Virus genome (UHGV): UHGV-0038300
Reading direction: 5' to 3' (one strand)
Source of the DNA: a virus
Length of the DNA stretch: 39,892 nucleotides
The notes beneath the pieces are model-generated. The model was not told the origin of the DNA and did no database searches. It saw only the letters and a list, made by a program, of their open reading frames with translations. Of this stretch, positions 25,675 to 33,738 are shown piece after piece. The translations under genes were made by a program, and so were the position numbers. Within the stretch, counting starts at the first letter, position 1; every line of letters starts with the position of its first letter.

Positions 25675-27150
25675 TTAAGCATAGGGATCGTAATCTGTGA
25701 TGGCCTTGCCTTGCTGGTTCTGCTGCCCGGGAATTCGCAGACGCTTCGACACAGGGAACGCAAACGTCAGCAGTAGCGCATCGCCTTTACCCGGCGAACG
25801 CCCAAGCCGCTCCTTGATATCCTCCTTCGGTTCGATAACGATTTTACCGTCCACGCGAACTTTGTACTCTGCCGCCGACAGGTCGTCTGCAGTTTCCTGG
25901 TCATCCAGCATTCCGCCCAGCCTCAGCCATGTCTTACATGAGTTGAACATCTCCCCACGCTTGTTAAGCATCTGCGGGTCAGTGGACGCACCGCCGAACG
26001 GAACAAGTTGCCATGTACGCCCCCAGCCATCACCGATTGACTTCAAACCGGTTCCGTAACCGAAGTCGATGAACACCGCGTCAGCCTGATACTGGTCTTC
26101 AAAGTCAGCGATACGCTTCGCCATAATCAGATCGTCGGTAGTCTTGTTGCCAGTCCACAGCACCTTACTGTGTAGCCCCTGCCGCAGGTATATCACCGCG
26201 TCATCAACGCCTGAATATGCCGGGTCAACACCGATTATCACCGGAGCATGCGCCACCTGCGCAGCGGTTACCACCCGTTTCATTGCCTCATCAGTAAGAC
26301 CGGTAGGGATAAACTGCAATTCAGATGCATCAGGGAATATGCCGCGCACACGGATTTTAACGAAGTCGCTGTCTTCCCCGTAGTCATCAACCCATTTCTG
26401 CAACTGCTGTTTGTTAGTGCCTTCCACCGTCCGGCTGTCAATCTGCGCACACTTCCAGCGGTGTTTATATTTGCGGAAACATTCGCGGAAACGCCCGGTG
26501 TTACGTGTAGGGTTTCCGAACGCCACCCAGATAATCTCAGTGTCTTCGTCCGTAAGCGCACCCTCAGAAACTTCCCATACCAGATCCGCAATGTTCGACG
26601 CTTCATCGAATACCACGATGATGCGTTTGCGCTCGTTGTGTAGTCCGGCGAATGCCTCAGTGTTGTGCTCAGACCAGGGGATTGCGTCAGCTCGCCACCG
26701 CTTGTCGTGCCCAGGATCATTGCTGTACATCGCGGTAGCGGTACAGGTAAACCAGTCTTTCGTGATAGCAAGGTTCGACCACTTGATAATTTCCGGCCAG
26801 GTCTTCGTTCGTAGCTGGTTGTCGGTGTTGGCGGTCACCACGACCTTACAATCCTCGCAAGTGGACATGCCCCAGTTGATCAGCATTGAGATGAATGCGG
26901 ATTTACCAATACCGTGACCAGAAGCGCGTGCCAGCATAAGCGGCTGATAGCGCGTCTCTGGATTCTGCAGGTGATCACGTATCTCTCGGAACGCATCAGC
27001 CTGCCACTGACGTGGGCCGGTAGCATGTGCCAGTTCAGTCCCCTCTTCCCCCCACGGGAACGCATAGAGGGCATAGCCAAGCGGATCGTGAGTGAACCCT
27101 GCAATATCCTCGATCAACTGCTCTTCAGGAGATAACGCTGTATCTGTCAC
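25675..27150 (-). CDS. Terminase large subunit
   Basis: 491 aa with a Walker-A-like GHGIGKS ATPase motif in the N-terminal part, immediately downstream of the small-terminase gene; the nuclease domain was not individually identified. Confidence 0.85.
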   Translation of the reverse strand: MTDTALSPEEQLIEDIAGFTHDPLGYALYAFPWGEEGTELAHATGPRQWQADAFREIRDHLQNPETRYQPLMLARASGHGIGKSAFISMLINWGMSTCEDCKVVVTANTDNQLRTKTWPEIIKWSNLAITKDWFTCTATAMYSNDPGHDKRWRADAIPWSEHNTEAFAGLHNERKRIIVVFDEASNIADLVWEVSEGALTDEDTEIIWVAFGNPTRNTGRFRECFRKYKHRWKCAQIDSRTVEGTNKQQLQKWVDDYGEDSDFVKIRVRGIFPDASELQFIPTGLTDEAMKRVVTAAQVAHAPVIIGVDPAYSGVDDAVIYLRQGLHSKVLWTGNKTTDDLIMAKRIADFEDQYQADAVFIDFGYGTGLKSIGDGWGRTWQLVPFGGASTDPQMLNKRGEMFNSCKTWLRLGGMLDDQETADDLSAAEYKVRVDGKIVIEPKEDIKERLGRSPGKGDALLLTFAFPVSKRLRIPGQQNQQGKAITDYDPYA

Positions 27151-27746
27151 TGATTACCATCCTGACGTTCTTTGAGTCGCTTCCTGGCTGCTGCTATGCG
27201 ATCAGCAATTGTCACATTCACATTAACATCCAGACGTTCTTTGAACGCGTTGACATCAACATGCTTACCAATCAGCTCAAGGTTCTTCACCTTGTCAGGC
27301 CATTTAATTTTTTTGAGGATTGTCTCTATCGAATCCTCGTTCATGTTCATGATGGTCGATGACAGATCAAAGCCACTAAGCGTAGTGCGCCAGATTTTCG
27401 GCCACTCACGGATTGGTTTAAGGCTCCCATCGTCGTTGAGGATGTCGATCACGTCCATCTGGTCGATCTCCACCAGGCGCATGAGAACGTAATCAGCACT
27501 GACGCGCATTCGTTTGTTGCGCTCCTCCATCAACTCGGCAATCCGTTTTTGAATGCGTTCATCGCGCATCATGACACTGGCTTTAACTGCCGCTGTATTT
27601 GGGGAGAATCCTGCGTTAATCGCTGCCTGAGTCTGGTTTTCAGGCGTTTTGATGTATGACTGGCAATAAGCCTCCTGCATTGCTGTTAGTGGCTTAAATT
27701 GCGTTGATTTGCGTTTATAGGTTTTAGGTTCAGCAGGCATCATAAC
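27147..27746 (-). CDS. Terminase small subunit
   Basis: HTH-containing N-terminus (...LTAMQEAYCQSYIKTPENQTQAAINAGFS...) typical of small terminases; the listed ORF extends to a TTG at 27821, but an ATG near 27746 with an upstream RBS is more likely. Confidence 0.7.
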   Translation of the reverse strand, partial: VMMPAEPKTYKRKSTQFKPLTAMQEAYCQSYIKTPENQTQAAINAGFSPNTAAVKASVMMRDERIQKRIAELMEERNKRMRVSADYVLMRLVEIDQMDVIDILNDDGSLKPIREWPKIWRTTLSGFDLSSTIMNMNEDSIETILKKIKWPDKVKNLELIGKHVDVNAFKERLDVNVNVTIADRIAAARKRLKERQDGNQ

Positions 27747-27786
27747 CACCGTGGTAATAGTTACCGTTGTGGTAATAGTACCATGC

Positions 27787-27812
27787 AAAATAAAGCCGCC
27801 ATAGTTGGCGGC
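27787..27812 (-). terminator. Terminator-like hairpin in the leader of the late operon, upstream of the small terminase
   Basis: On the minus strand: gccgcc-aactat-ggcggc followed by tttatttt. Confidence 0.45.
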
Positions 27813-27852
27813 AGTATTCAAAACCCATCAAATTCATCATGCATAATCTACT

Positions 27853-27866
27853 CGTGACATGTCACA
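27853..27866. repeat. Palindrome cGTGACATGTCACa, copy 3 of 3
   Basis: Same core as the other two copies; overlaps the stop codon of the 27862-28203 gene, about 40 bp upstream of the late-leader hairpin. Confidence 0.7.
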
Positions 27867-28203
27867 CTATTAATTTCGTTTCATGCCAGCCTTTAGTCAC
27901 CCAGCATTGCGAGTCACCATTACACGGGCATGAATTAACTGGAACTCTCTCGCCGCACTTACCGCAACATTTTCTGCTGATCGATTTTATACGCCCGCGC
28001 ACGCGTGCATCATCCTGGCGGATCAGTAACGCTATATACTCACCAAATTCGTAAGGCGCACGCCCGGGGCGACGCGTGGCACAGTTACGCTCCAGCATTT
28101 CAATTTCCTGAGCATCAAGCACAATTTCCAGCTTACGCACACCAGATGCAGCTTGTCTGGCTCTCTGAGCGGCTTTGCGCTCTGCTGCTGATTTAGCCAT
28201 CAA
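27862..28203 (-). CDS. Small basic protein with a C-terminal Cys cluster; candidate late-gene regulator
   Basis: 113 aa with CCGKCGERVPVNSCPCNGDSQC (zinc-binding-like); last gene before the late promoter region. The function is inferred from position only. Confidence 0.4.
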   Translation of the reverse strand: MMAKSAAERKAAQRARQAASGVRKLEIVLDAQEIEMLERNCATRRPGRAPYEFGEYIALLIRQDDARVRGRIKSISRKCCGKCGERVPVNSCPCNGDSQCWVTKGWHETKLIV

Positions 28204-28474
28204 TATTCACCTTTATCGCGTACACCTTTACCGGTTTATCGCCGAAGTGCGGATGTGTGATTGTCTTGATTTCATACCCTTCATACGGAACATCAATTCT
28301 GCGGCTGGAATCGTCGCGCTTCGGATATCCCTTTGTGATAATCAGGCGGTCATACTCGCGGAACATAATTCGCTTATTCCAGTAGTCATTAAACAGGCGA
28401 TACTCTTCCGTTTTCTCTCCGCGAATCATGGCATCGAAGTATTCACCTTTAACGGCAAGTTGCAGGTTAGCCAC
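28193..28474 (-). CDS. ASCH-domain-like protein
   Basis: About 93 aa with a GxKxxExR-type motif (MIRGEKTEEYR) near the N-terminus. Confidence 0.5.
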   Translation of the reverse strand: MANLQLAVKGEYFDAMIRGEKTEEYRLFNDYWNKRIMFREYDRLIITKGYPKRDDSSRRIDVPYEGYEIKTITHPHFGDKPVKVYAIKVNIDG

Positions 28475-28751
28475 GACCTTCCTCCTTTGGCTTGTGAATT
28501 TGTATCGTCATGCCGCTTTGAGTGGTGACTACAATGACAGAACCAGGCTGAAGGCTGTTAAGATTGAATGCTTCGTAAAACGAATCCAATGCCAGTGCTT
28601 TTTTATTCTTTCTGTTCCACCAACGCCATCCCTTGCTACAGGCTACACTGACAATCCACTGTCCACTCCTGTAAGCCATATAAAACCAGATGAGCAAAAC
28701 CTGAAGGAAGGCAATCCAGTCAATAATCGTATATTTCGCGAAGGAGTCCAT
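28467..28751 (-). CDS. Small hypothetical membrane protein
   Basis: 94-aa ORF with a hydrophobic N-terminal segment; overlapping stop/start with neighbours. Confidence 0.4.
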   Translation of the reverse strand: MDSFAKYTIIDWIAFLQVLLIWFYMAYRSGQWIVSVACSKGWRWWNRKNKKALALDSFYEAFNLNSLQPGSVIVVTTQSGMTIQIHKPKEEGRG

Positions 28752-29326
28752 TACTTCATCTCCTGCGGCGGTTCTGGTAGAGGCATCCAGTGAGTTACGT
28801 CATCCAAGATATTTCCTGATAAATACGTGAAAGCTCTATATTTTTTGTAATCAATTGGATTTACAACCCAGTTCCAATATGCGGCCACGATTTCACCTTG
28901 ACTAAATGCCAGTAACATTTTGGTGTCTTCCGGCATTCGCTCACTACAGCTTATCCAACCATCCGGAGTTACCGGAGAGTTGCCTGATAGCTCGTTCAAC
29001 TTGTAAGTTTGGCTTACAGGTTCGGCTTCCAGTTCCGCTATGCGCTTTTTTGCTGTTTCCAGTTCGTTCAGCAGTGTTAGCACGGTAGCCGGATTGGCTG
29101 CGGCGATGAATTCAGCATTGGCCTGCTGTTCCATTTGGAAATCTTCATCGAAACCGCTTTCAGGATGCGCTCCTTCAATTCTGCAAATGGGAATATATCC
29201 AGCAGCCTCGCGATGAATTAGTGCATCATCACCATCAAATCGGCCCTCTCCATATTCGAGCGACCATACACCACACGTTGCTTTTTCTGCCTTGGCACGC
29301 AGTGCCTGATAGTCAATCTTGCTCAC
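28751..29326 (-). CDS. Ead/Ea22-like protein with a C-terminal DUF551-like domain
   Basis: N-terminal MSKIDYQALRAKAEKAT... and coiled coil, with a C-terminal ...DGWISCSERMPED...THWMPLPEPP motif. Confidence 0.55.
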   Translation of the reverse strand: MSKIDYQALRAKAEKATCGVWSLEYGEGRFDGDDALIHREAAGYIPICRIEGAHPESGFDEDFQMEQQANAEFIAAANPATVLTLLNELETAKKRIAELEAEPVSQTYKLNELSGNSPVTPDGWISCSERMPEDTKMLLAFSQGEIVAAYWNWVVNPIDYKKYRAFTYLSGNILDDVTHWMPLPEPPQEMK

Positions 29327-29970
29327 TGGATGACTCCTTTACGAAGCTGTTCCGCCCATTCTTCAAGGGATTTCTCCGCATATTCACCAGACAGGCCATC
29401 AATCGGATGCGGTTCATTAGCCAACTCTTCTTTCGCTGACAAAATCATGCGTGTAACGTCGAAAACTTCACGCAAAGACTTATTGATAAATCCGTGATTG
29501 AACGCAGCAGCAAGACGGCTTGCGGTGTAGTTAATCCCCTCGTTGCGTGCCTCCGCACGTATTTCAGCCAAGAAAGCATCGGTGGCTGACATATTTCCTG
29601 TTGCCTTCATGGCCTTCAAAATAACCAGAACGTCATCTTGCCCAACCAACTCGGAGATAATCTCAGTGTTGTCGCCAACAACCTCACAGAATGCCTGAAC
29701 AGCTTTACGAGCAAGTGCATTCTCCGCCGCCAGCGCCGAAAACTTCTCGTGCGCCAACTTAACAGCCGAATCAGCCTGCTTAATTGACTCAATCGCTTTC
29801 TGCTGGTCTTCGGCCAGCGCATTAGCACGCACCAGTTGCACTTCCAGTTGCGTTGCCAAATCGCTGATCAGCTTTGCCACACTGCGCATATCAACGGCAC
29901 CACATTCTGCTTTCAGTTCCGAAGCCATCTCATGCCCGGCGGCAACTAACCCTTTGATATTACTTTCCAT
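29323..29970 (-). CDS. Hypothetical phage protein (coiled-coil rich)
   Basis: 215-aa ORF in the nin-like region between replication and late genes. Confidence 0.5.
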   Translation of the reverse strand: MESNIKGLVAAGHEMASELKAECGAVDMRSVAKLISDLATQLEVQLVRANALAEDQQKAIESIKQADSAVKLAHEKFSALAAENALARKAVQAFCEVVGDNTEIISELVGQDDVLVILKAMKATGNMSATDAFLAEIRAEARNEGINYTASRLAAAFNHGFINKSLREVFDVTRMILSAKEELANEPHPIDGLSGEYAEKSLEEWAEQLRKGVIQ

Positions 29971-30031
29971 CTTTACCCTCGCTTATCCACATAACTTATT
30001 GATTACATTGATAACTAAAAAGATCGTCGAT

Positions 30032-30379
30032 TCAGAACTCTTCGATGTTCCAGCCGCCACCTGCTTTCTTTGGTTTAACCGTTACCCCGATGATTCGGAA
30101 CGGATACTGATCTGCGGCTACTTTGGTTTTCACCCTGGCGTCGTCGGTCCAGAATCCCCCTTTCACTTCGTGCAGTTCCATCTCTCCGGTGGCGAGCATC
30201 ACAGCGAAATCGGGCGTATAGAACGTGTTGTCAGCTAACCGCAGCTTGATACCCTCGAATCGATACCAGGCGATTTCCCCTGCACGTTTACGCTGCTCAA
30301 GGTGCTGGCAATACGCAGATTCTGTTTTGTTCATCTGGCCTGTTTTGAGTCGACCAAGAGCCTGTATCTGTTTTCTCAT
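30032..30379 (-). CDS. PD-(D/E)xK nuclease-fold protein (DUF1064-like)
   Basis: ...YTPDFAVM...ELHEVKGG... matches a D...E.K nuclease signature; 115 aa. Confidence 0.45.
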   Translation of the reverse strand: MRKQIQALGRLKTGQMNKTESAYCQHLEQRKRAGEIAWYRFEGIKLRLADNTFYTPDFAVMLATGEMELHEVKGGFWTDDARVKTKVAADQYPFRIIGVTVKPKKAGGGWNIEEF

Positions 30380-30382
30380 GAT

Positions 30383-30399
30383 TTACCTCTAAGGTAATT
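30383..30399. promoter_or_regulatory. 17-bp operator-like site TTTACC-TCTAA-GGTAAT
   Basis: In the intergenic region just upstream of the 30379 start codon. Confidence 0.55.
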
Positions 30400-30443
30400 A
30401 AAAACCACATAAGACACGAAATCAATAGAGTTTAGAATATTTT

Positions 30444-30460
30444 GTTACCTTATAGGTAAT
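30444..30460. promoter_or_regulatory. 17-bp operator-like site GTTACC-TTATA-GGTAAT
   Basis: Second site in the same intergenic region, 61 bp from the first. Confidence 0.55.
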
Positions 30461-30496
30461 TGTTGAGGCGTAAAAAAATGCGCTATCGCGCTGGTA

Positions 30497-31297
30497 TTAC
30501 TTGATAAATCCTGCCGCCTTTCCCCGCCTGTATTCCTCCATCAGCCACTGCGCCGGTGTTATTCCCCCAAGGGTGGCGGCGTTAGGCATGCACCCGAAAC
30601 TTCGCCCTGGTGGATGGTAAACGTCTCTCCCTGTGTCTGGAGGTGTACTCATGGGCTCTGGCTTTGCCTGTATGCTGATCACCGGATCGGGTATCTGCTG
30701 TCCGGAAGCCACCTTTTTCGCCCAATCATCGAGCAGCCTGCGCGCGTGTTTCTCAACCTCAATCTCGCTAAGCTGGCGCTGATACATTGCACGGCGGGTA
30801 TCACATACGACCCAGTACATAACCGGATGCCGCCACGGGAATCTTTCGGGACCACCAGGATATAAACTTTTTTCCTTGCTGTACCGGTGAAACTCCGCCA
30901 TCACATCGTCAATGGTGACGCCAAGAACCATCTTGCTGTCTTTGCACCACTTGATGAATTGCCCTGGCGACGGCCAGAACGGAGATTCACTGGCGCGGGC
31001 GTGGCGCATACCAGCAGAAACCTGTTCACGGGTTCGGATCCCACCTTCGGCAAACGCAGCAATCCACTGCTGTTTTGCAGCGACTTCCTGCTCTGGCGTC
31101 TTCAGGTTGGTTACCACTGCCGCCGGAAACAGTTGTTTCAGCTGTTTGAAAAGGGCATCAACAAGCCTCTCTGCTGACATGTTCACCACGTTGTCATTGT
31201 TGGTGTACTGATGCTCATAACCTGACATGCGAGAAAGGGCTTCTCCGTCACGGTTTTGTATCGCGGTAAAAACGTTGTTCACAAGAAATCCTCCCAT
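30497..31297 (-). CDS. Replication protein, lambda P-like (helicase loader)
   Basis: Clear similarity to lambda P (e.g. ...GIRTREQVSAGMRHA...FWPSPGQFIKWC... versus lambda ...GITTMEQVNAGMRVA...FLPSPGQFVAWC...). Confidence 0.8.
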   Translation of the reverse strand: MGGFLVNNVFTAIQNRDGEALSRMSGYEHQYTNNDNVVNMSAERLVDALFKQLKQLFPAAVVTNLKTPEQEVAAKQQWIAAFAEGGIRTREQVSAGMRHARASESPFWPSPGQFIKWCKDSKMVLGVTIDDVMAEFHRYSKEKSLYPGGPERFPWRHPVMYWVVCDTRRAMYQRQLSEIEVEKHARRLLDDWAKKVASGQQIPDPVISIQAKPEPMSTPPDTGRDVYHPPGRSFGCMPNAATLGGITPAQWLMEEYRRGKAAGFIK

Positions 31298-32094
31298 GCT
31301 TCAGGGCTGTTCCAGTGCGGAACGTTGTTATCAGGTAATGTTGATTGCTTCTGTCTGCTAATCTGCAGCCGCCTTGCCAGCTTCTGCTCCCACTGTGCCT
31401 GATGGTATGCCTTACCCTCAGCCATCCAGTAAATTCTGAACTCTGCAAGTTCCTGTGCCGTTGGCAGACTGTCTAGGTAGATCCCCTGCAATGAGCTTTT
31501 CCGAAGAAAGTCATCTGATGGGTGCCATTGTTCATGCATGACAAATTTGCCTAATTGCCCTGGCCCACCAGGAGGAACAAAGTTATTCATCACGGCGTTG
31601 TTTGCGCCGGGGTCATGAGGCACAGAATCCCCGGTTTTTGTCCTGCTCTCCCTCTCTTGGTTAAATGACTGGTTATATGACTGGTTCTGGATCCCGTTTT
31701 TGGGATCATTCAACATCCCGTTTTTGGGATCATTCAACATCCCGTTTTTGGGTATATTCCCGTTTTCGGTAACATTACCGTTTTCGGGTTCATTACCCCC
31801 TTCCCGGTTGCCTTTAATGTTCCCGTTTTTGGTTATATTAAGAGAGAAAACCCGCACTCTTTTCGTCGCTCCCTTTCTCTCTCCGGTATCTGAAATAAGC
31901 CCCATTTTCATGAGCGATATAAGTCCGGCCTGCACGGTTTTTTTATTCAGGCAAGTGTCTTTAACGAGGCGTTCTATGCTGGGGTAGCAGAGGTTATATT
32001 CATCGGCTCTGTCAGCCATCGAGAGCAGTATGAGCTTTAATGACGAGCTACCTGGATCTGTCTCCCAGGCCCAATCTGTTGCATGTCTGCTCAT
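31279..32094 (-). CDS. Replication initiator (lambda O analog) with an N-terminal winged-HTH and iterons inside the gene
   Basis: N-terminal HTH-like region, a central repetitive NGN-rich linker encoded by DNA iterons, and a C-terminal DnaT-like region; located directly upstream of the P-like gene. Confidence 0.7.
   Translation of the reverse strand: MSRHATDWAWETDPGSSSLKLILLSMADRADEYNLCYPSIERLVKDTCLNKKTVQAGLISLMKMGLISDTGERKGATKRVRVFSLNITKNGNIKGNREGGNEPENGNVTENGNIPKNGMLNDPKNGMLNDPKNGIQNQSYNQSFNQERESRTKTGDSVPHDPGANNAVMNNFVPPGGPGQLGKFVMHEQWHPSDDFLRKSSLQGIYLDSLPTAQELAEFRIYWMAEGKAYHQAQWEQKLARRLQISRQKQSTLPDNNVPHWNSPEAWEDFL
31691..31840. repeat. Origin-type iterons: 5-6 tandem repeats with core (t)cccgttttt/cgg, first two copies 24 bp each
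   Basis: atcccgtttttgggatcattcaac is repeated exactly at 31691-31714 and 31715-31738, followed by degenerate copies; embedded in the initiator gene as for the lambda origin. Confidence 0.7.
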
Positions 32095-32109
32095 GATTAA
32101 TCTCCGCTA

Positions 32110-32310
32110 TCAGCTTGAATGTTGTGGGGAGGAATTAATCATGATCTGCTTAATCTCTGCCCTGATACGACGGTTTGATTCCATGGTGCACTCAACACAG
32201 TGTCCGTTGTAAACCCAGCGTTCACTGTCATGTCCGTGCTTACATGTTTTTCCGGTGTAGTAGCGTTTAAGTCCGCGCTTTGCGGCATCAATACGTGTAA
32301 TGATTTCCAT
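32110..32310 (-). CDS. Small zinc-ribbon protein (possible cII-position regulator)
   Basis: MEIITRIDAAKRGLKRYYTGKTCKHGHDSERWVYNGHCVECT... has a C..H...C..C pattern; start codon uncertain (the ORF extends to a TTG at 32373). Confidence 0.4.
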   Translation of the reverse strand: MEIITRIDAAKRGLKRYYTGKTCKHGHDSERWVYNGHCVECTMESNRRIRAEIKQIMINSSPQHSS

Positions 32311-32389
32311 GGTAAGCCCTGTTATTAGTATTGGGATTACGGTCATTTTGTGCTGACACAAAAAAAAGATCAACCAGATTTGGTTTTTT

Positions 32390-32406
32390 ATTACCTTTGA
32401 GGTACG
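32390..32406. promoter_or_regulatory. 17-bp operator-like site ATTACC-TTTGA-GGTACG
   Basis: Between the Cro-like gene and the zinc-ribbon gene; one mismatch in the right half. Confidence 0.45.
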
Positions 32407-32460
32407 AATAGATATGAAAAGACCGCCGGGTGGCGGTCTACAGAGGGTTGTAGCTGGATA

Positions 32461-32691
32461 TCATGAGTAGAAGAAGTATGCCAGTTCTGCTTTTGAGCGC
32501 AGCCATTGCCTTGTTTTACAGGCTTTAAAAAGCCCATTCATCAATACTTTACCTGGCATTTTGCGCTTACCTGTTAAGTGAGTCTGGATATAGTGACTCG
32601 TCGTTCCGGCTTCCTGTGCGAAGGCTTCACGCTCATCCGGAGTAAGTGCAAGCCAGTGCTTTTTGAAATCGAAATGTCCGTTATCGCTCAT
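32461..32691 (-). CDS. Cro/YdaS-like small HTH regulator
   Basis: 76 aa, divergent from the repressor gene; ...AQEAGTTSHYIQTHLTGKRKMPGKV... resembles YdaS/Cro-type HTH proteins. Confidence 0.6.
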   Translation of the reverse strand: MSDNGHFDFKKHWLALTPDEREAFAQEAGTTSHYIQTHLTGKRKMPGKVLMNGLFKACKTRQWLRSKAELAYFFYS

Positions 32692-32726
32692 AGCTATTGC
32701 CTGATATTTATTTCAGATAATAAATA

Positions 32727-32791
32727 TTCACCCATAAGGTAACAAAAATCAAGGATAGTTACCTATGAGGTGCATTTACCTGTTGGGTAAT
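32727..32791. promoter_or_regulatory. Right operator region: three 17-bp sites at 32727-32743, 32758-32774 and 32775-32791 between the divergent cro-like and repressor genes
   Basis: TTcACC-CATAA-GGTAAC, GTTACC-TATGA-GGTgcA and TTTACC-TGTTG-GGTAAT; tripartite arrangement as in lambdoid OR. Confidence 0.65.
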
Positions 32792-32845
32792 ATTGCTTTA
32801 AATTGAATCATCTACTGATTCATATATGAGGCGATTTTCCAGAAA

Positions 32846-33430
32846 ATGAAAAGTATCCAGGACGTCCGCAGGCAAAATCTCAACGACTTGATCGACCGTG
32901 AATTCAATGGTGTTCAGACGCGGATGGCAGAAAAACTTGGAACTCAGGCAAATCTGGTAAACCGCTGGGCTCTTGGCAAGAAGGTTATCGGCGACCAGGT
33001 TGCGCGAAAAATTGAAGCTGCCGCCAATAAACCACGTAACTGGCTTGATATCGATCGCTCGCTTTCTCAGGAAGGTTTTCAGCCTGTCGGCCCAAGCGAC
33101 ATTGGTCAGCTGGCGGCTCACAACCTGGAACGCTGGATGAGCGAAAGCCGCGACCTTTCAACACAGGGAAAACTTCACCGCGCATCCGGCGTCGCCCAGG
33201 TGACAATCAGCCGCCTGTTAAACAATGAGGTCAGCGTTTCCATTTCCACCCTGGAGAATGTTGCATCCGCATTCGGGCGTCACGGCTATGAATTACTGAT
33301 TCACCCGCACGACCCTGCGACCATCAACTATGACCGCTCGCGCTACGCATTGTTACCCGAAACCGAGAAAGCAAAGATCGAAAGTTACATTGAATTTGTC
33401 ATCAACCAGAACGAAAAAAACAAACAATAA
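32846..33430 (+). CDS. CI-like prophage repressor with an N-terminal XRE-type HTH, a second HTH-like segment and no LexA/S24 peptidase domain
   Basis: HTH ...VQTRMAEKLGTQANLVNRWALGKK...; no Ser-Lys peptidase signature seen; divergent from the cro-like gene and followed by a strong terminator. Confidence 0.65.
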   Translation: MKSIQDVRRQNLNDLIDREFNGVQTRMAEKLGTQANLVNRWALGKKVIGDQVARKIEAAANKPRNWLDIDRSLSQEGFQPVGPSDIGQLAAHNLERWMSESRDLSTQGKLHRASGVAQVTISRLLNNEVSVSISTLENVASAFGRHGYELLIHPHDPATINYDRSRYALLPETEKAKIESYIEFVINQNEKNKQ

Positions 33431-33451
33431 AATCATACTTTTCAGTAAGTA

Positions 33452-33476
33452 AGCCGCCTTCTGGCGGCTTTTTTAT
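33452..33476 (+). terminator. Rho-independent terminator after the repressor gene
   Basis: agccgcc-ttct-ggcggct followed by tttttt. Confidence 0.75.
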
Positions 33477-33486
33477 TGCCTATACC

Positions 33487-33503
33487 ATTACCTAATGGGT
33501 AAT
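33487..33503. promoter_or_regulatory. Left operator site 1, ATTACC-TAATG-GGTAAT
   Basis: Perfect inverted repeat just after the repressor terminator. Confidence 0.65.
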
Positions 33504-33548
33504 TTTTTTAACTCATATCTATTGACATCAAACCAAATACGCATAATT

Positions 33549-33565
33549 ATTACCTCAACGGTAAC
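33549..33565. promoter_or_regulatory. Left operator site 2, ATTACC-TCAAC-GGTAAC, at the early-left promoter
   Basis: Lies downstream of a consensus -35 TTGACA (33523-33528) and just upstream of the first early-left ORF; an extra GGTAAC half-site at 33573-33578. Confidence 0.6.
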
Positions 33566-33583
33566 AGACCGAGGTAACAAGTT

Positions 33584-33736
33584 ATGCAGTGGAAAATCAT
33601 CAACGGTTGGTACTGCGTTACTGCATGCGGATTCATGAGCTGGAAGTTCCGCACCTTACAGGAAGGCATTAAGTGGGCTTTCGTCAGCAAAGAAGCTCGC
33701 GATGTGGCCAACGATAACGAGATATGGGAGGGCTGA
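33584..33736 (+). CDS. Small hypothetical protein (50 aa), not in the supplied ORF track
   Basis: Manual translation MQWKIINGWYCVTACGFMSWKFRTLQEGIKWAFVSKEARDVANDNEIWEG*; RBS gaggtaac before the ATG. Confidence 0.4.
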   Translation: MQWKIINGWYCVTACGFMSWKFRTLQEGIKWAFVSKEARDVANDNEIWEG

Positions 33737-33738
33737 TA

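Noticed and set aside
31700-31987. Plus-strand 95-aa ORF with repetitive MGSFNIPFLG sequence
   Set aside because: It is the antisense translation of the origin iterons inside the initiator gene; the repetition reflects DNA repeats, not a protein.
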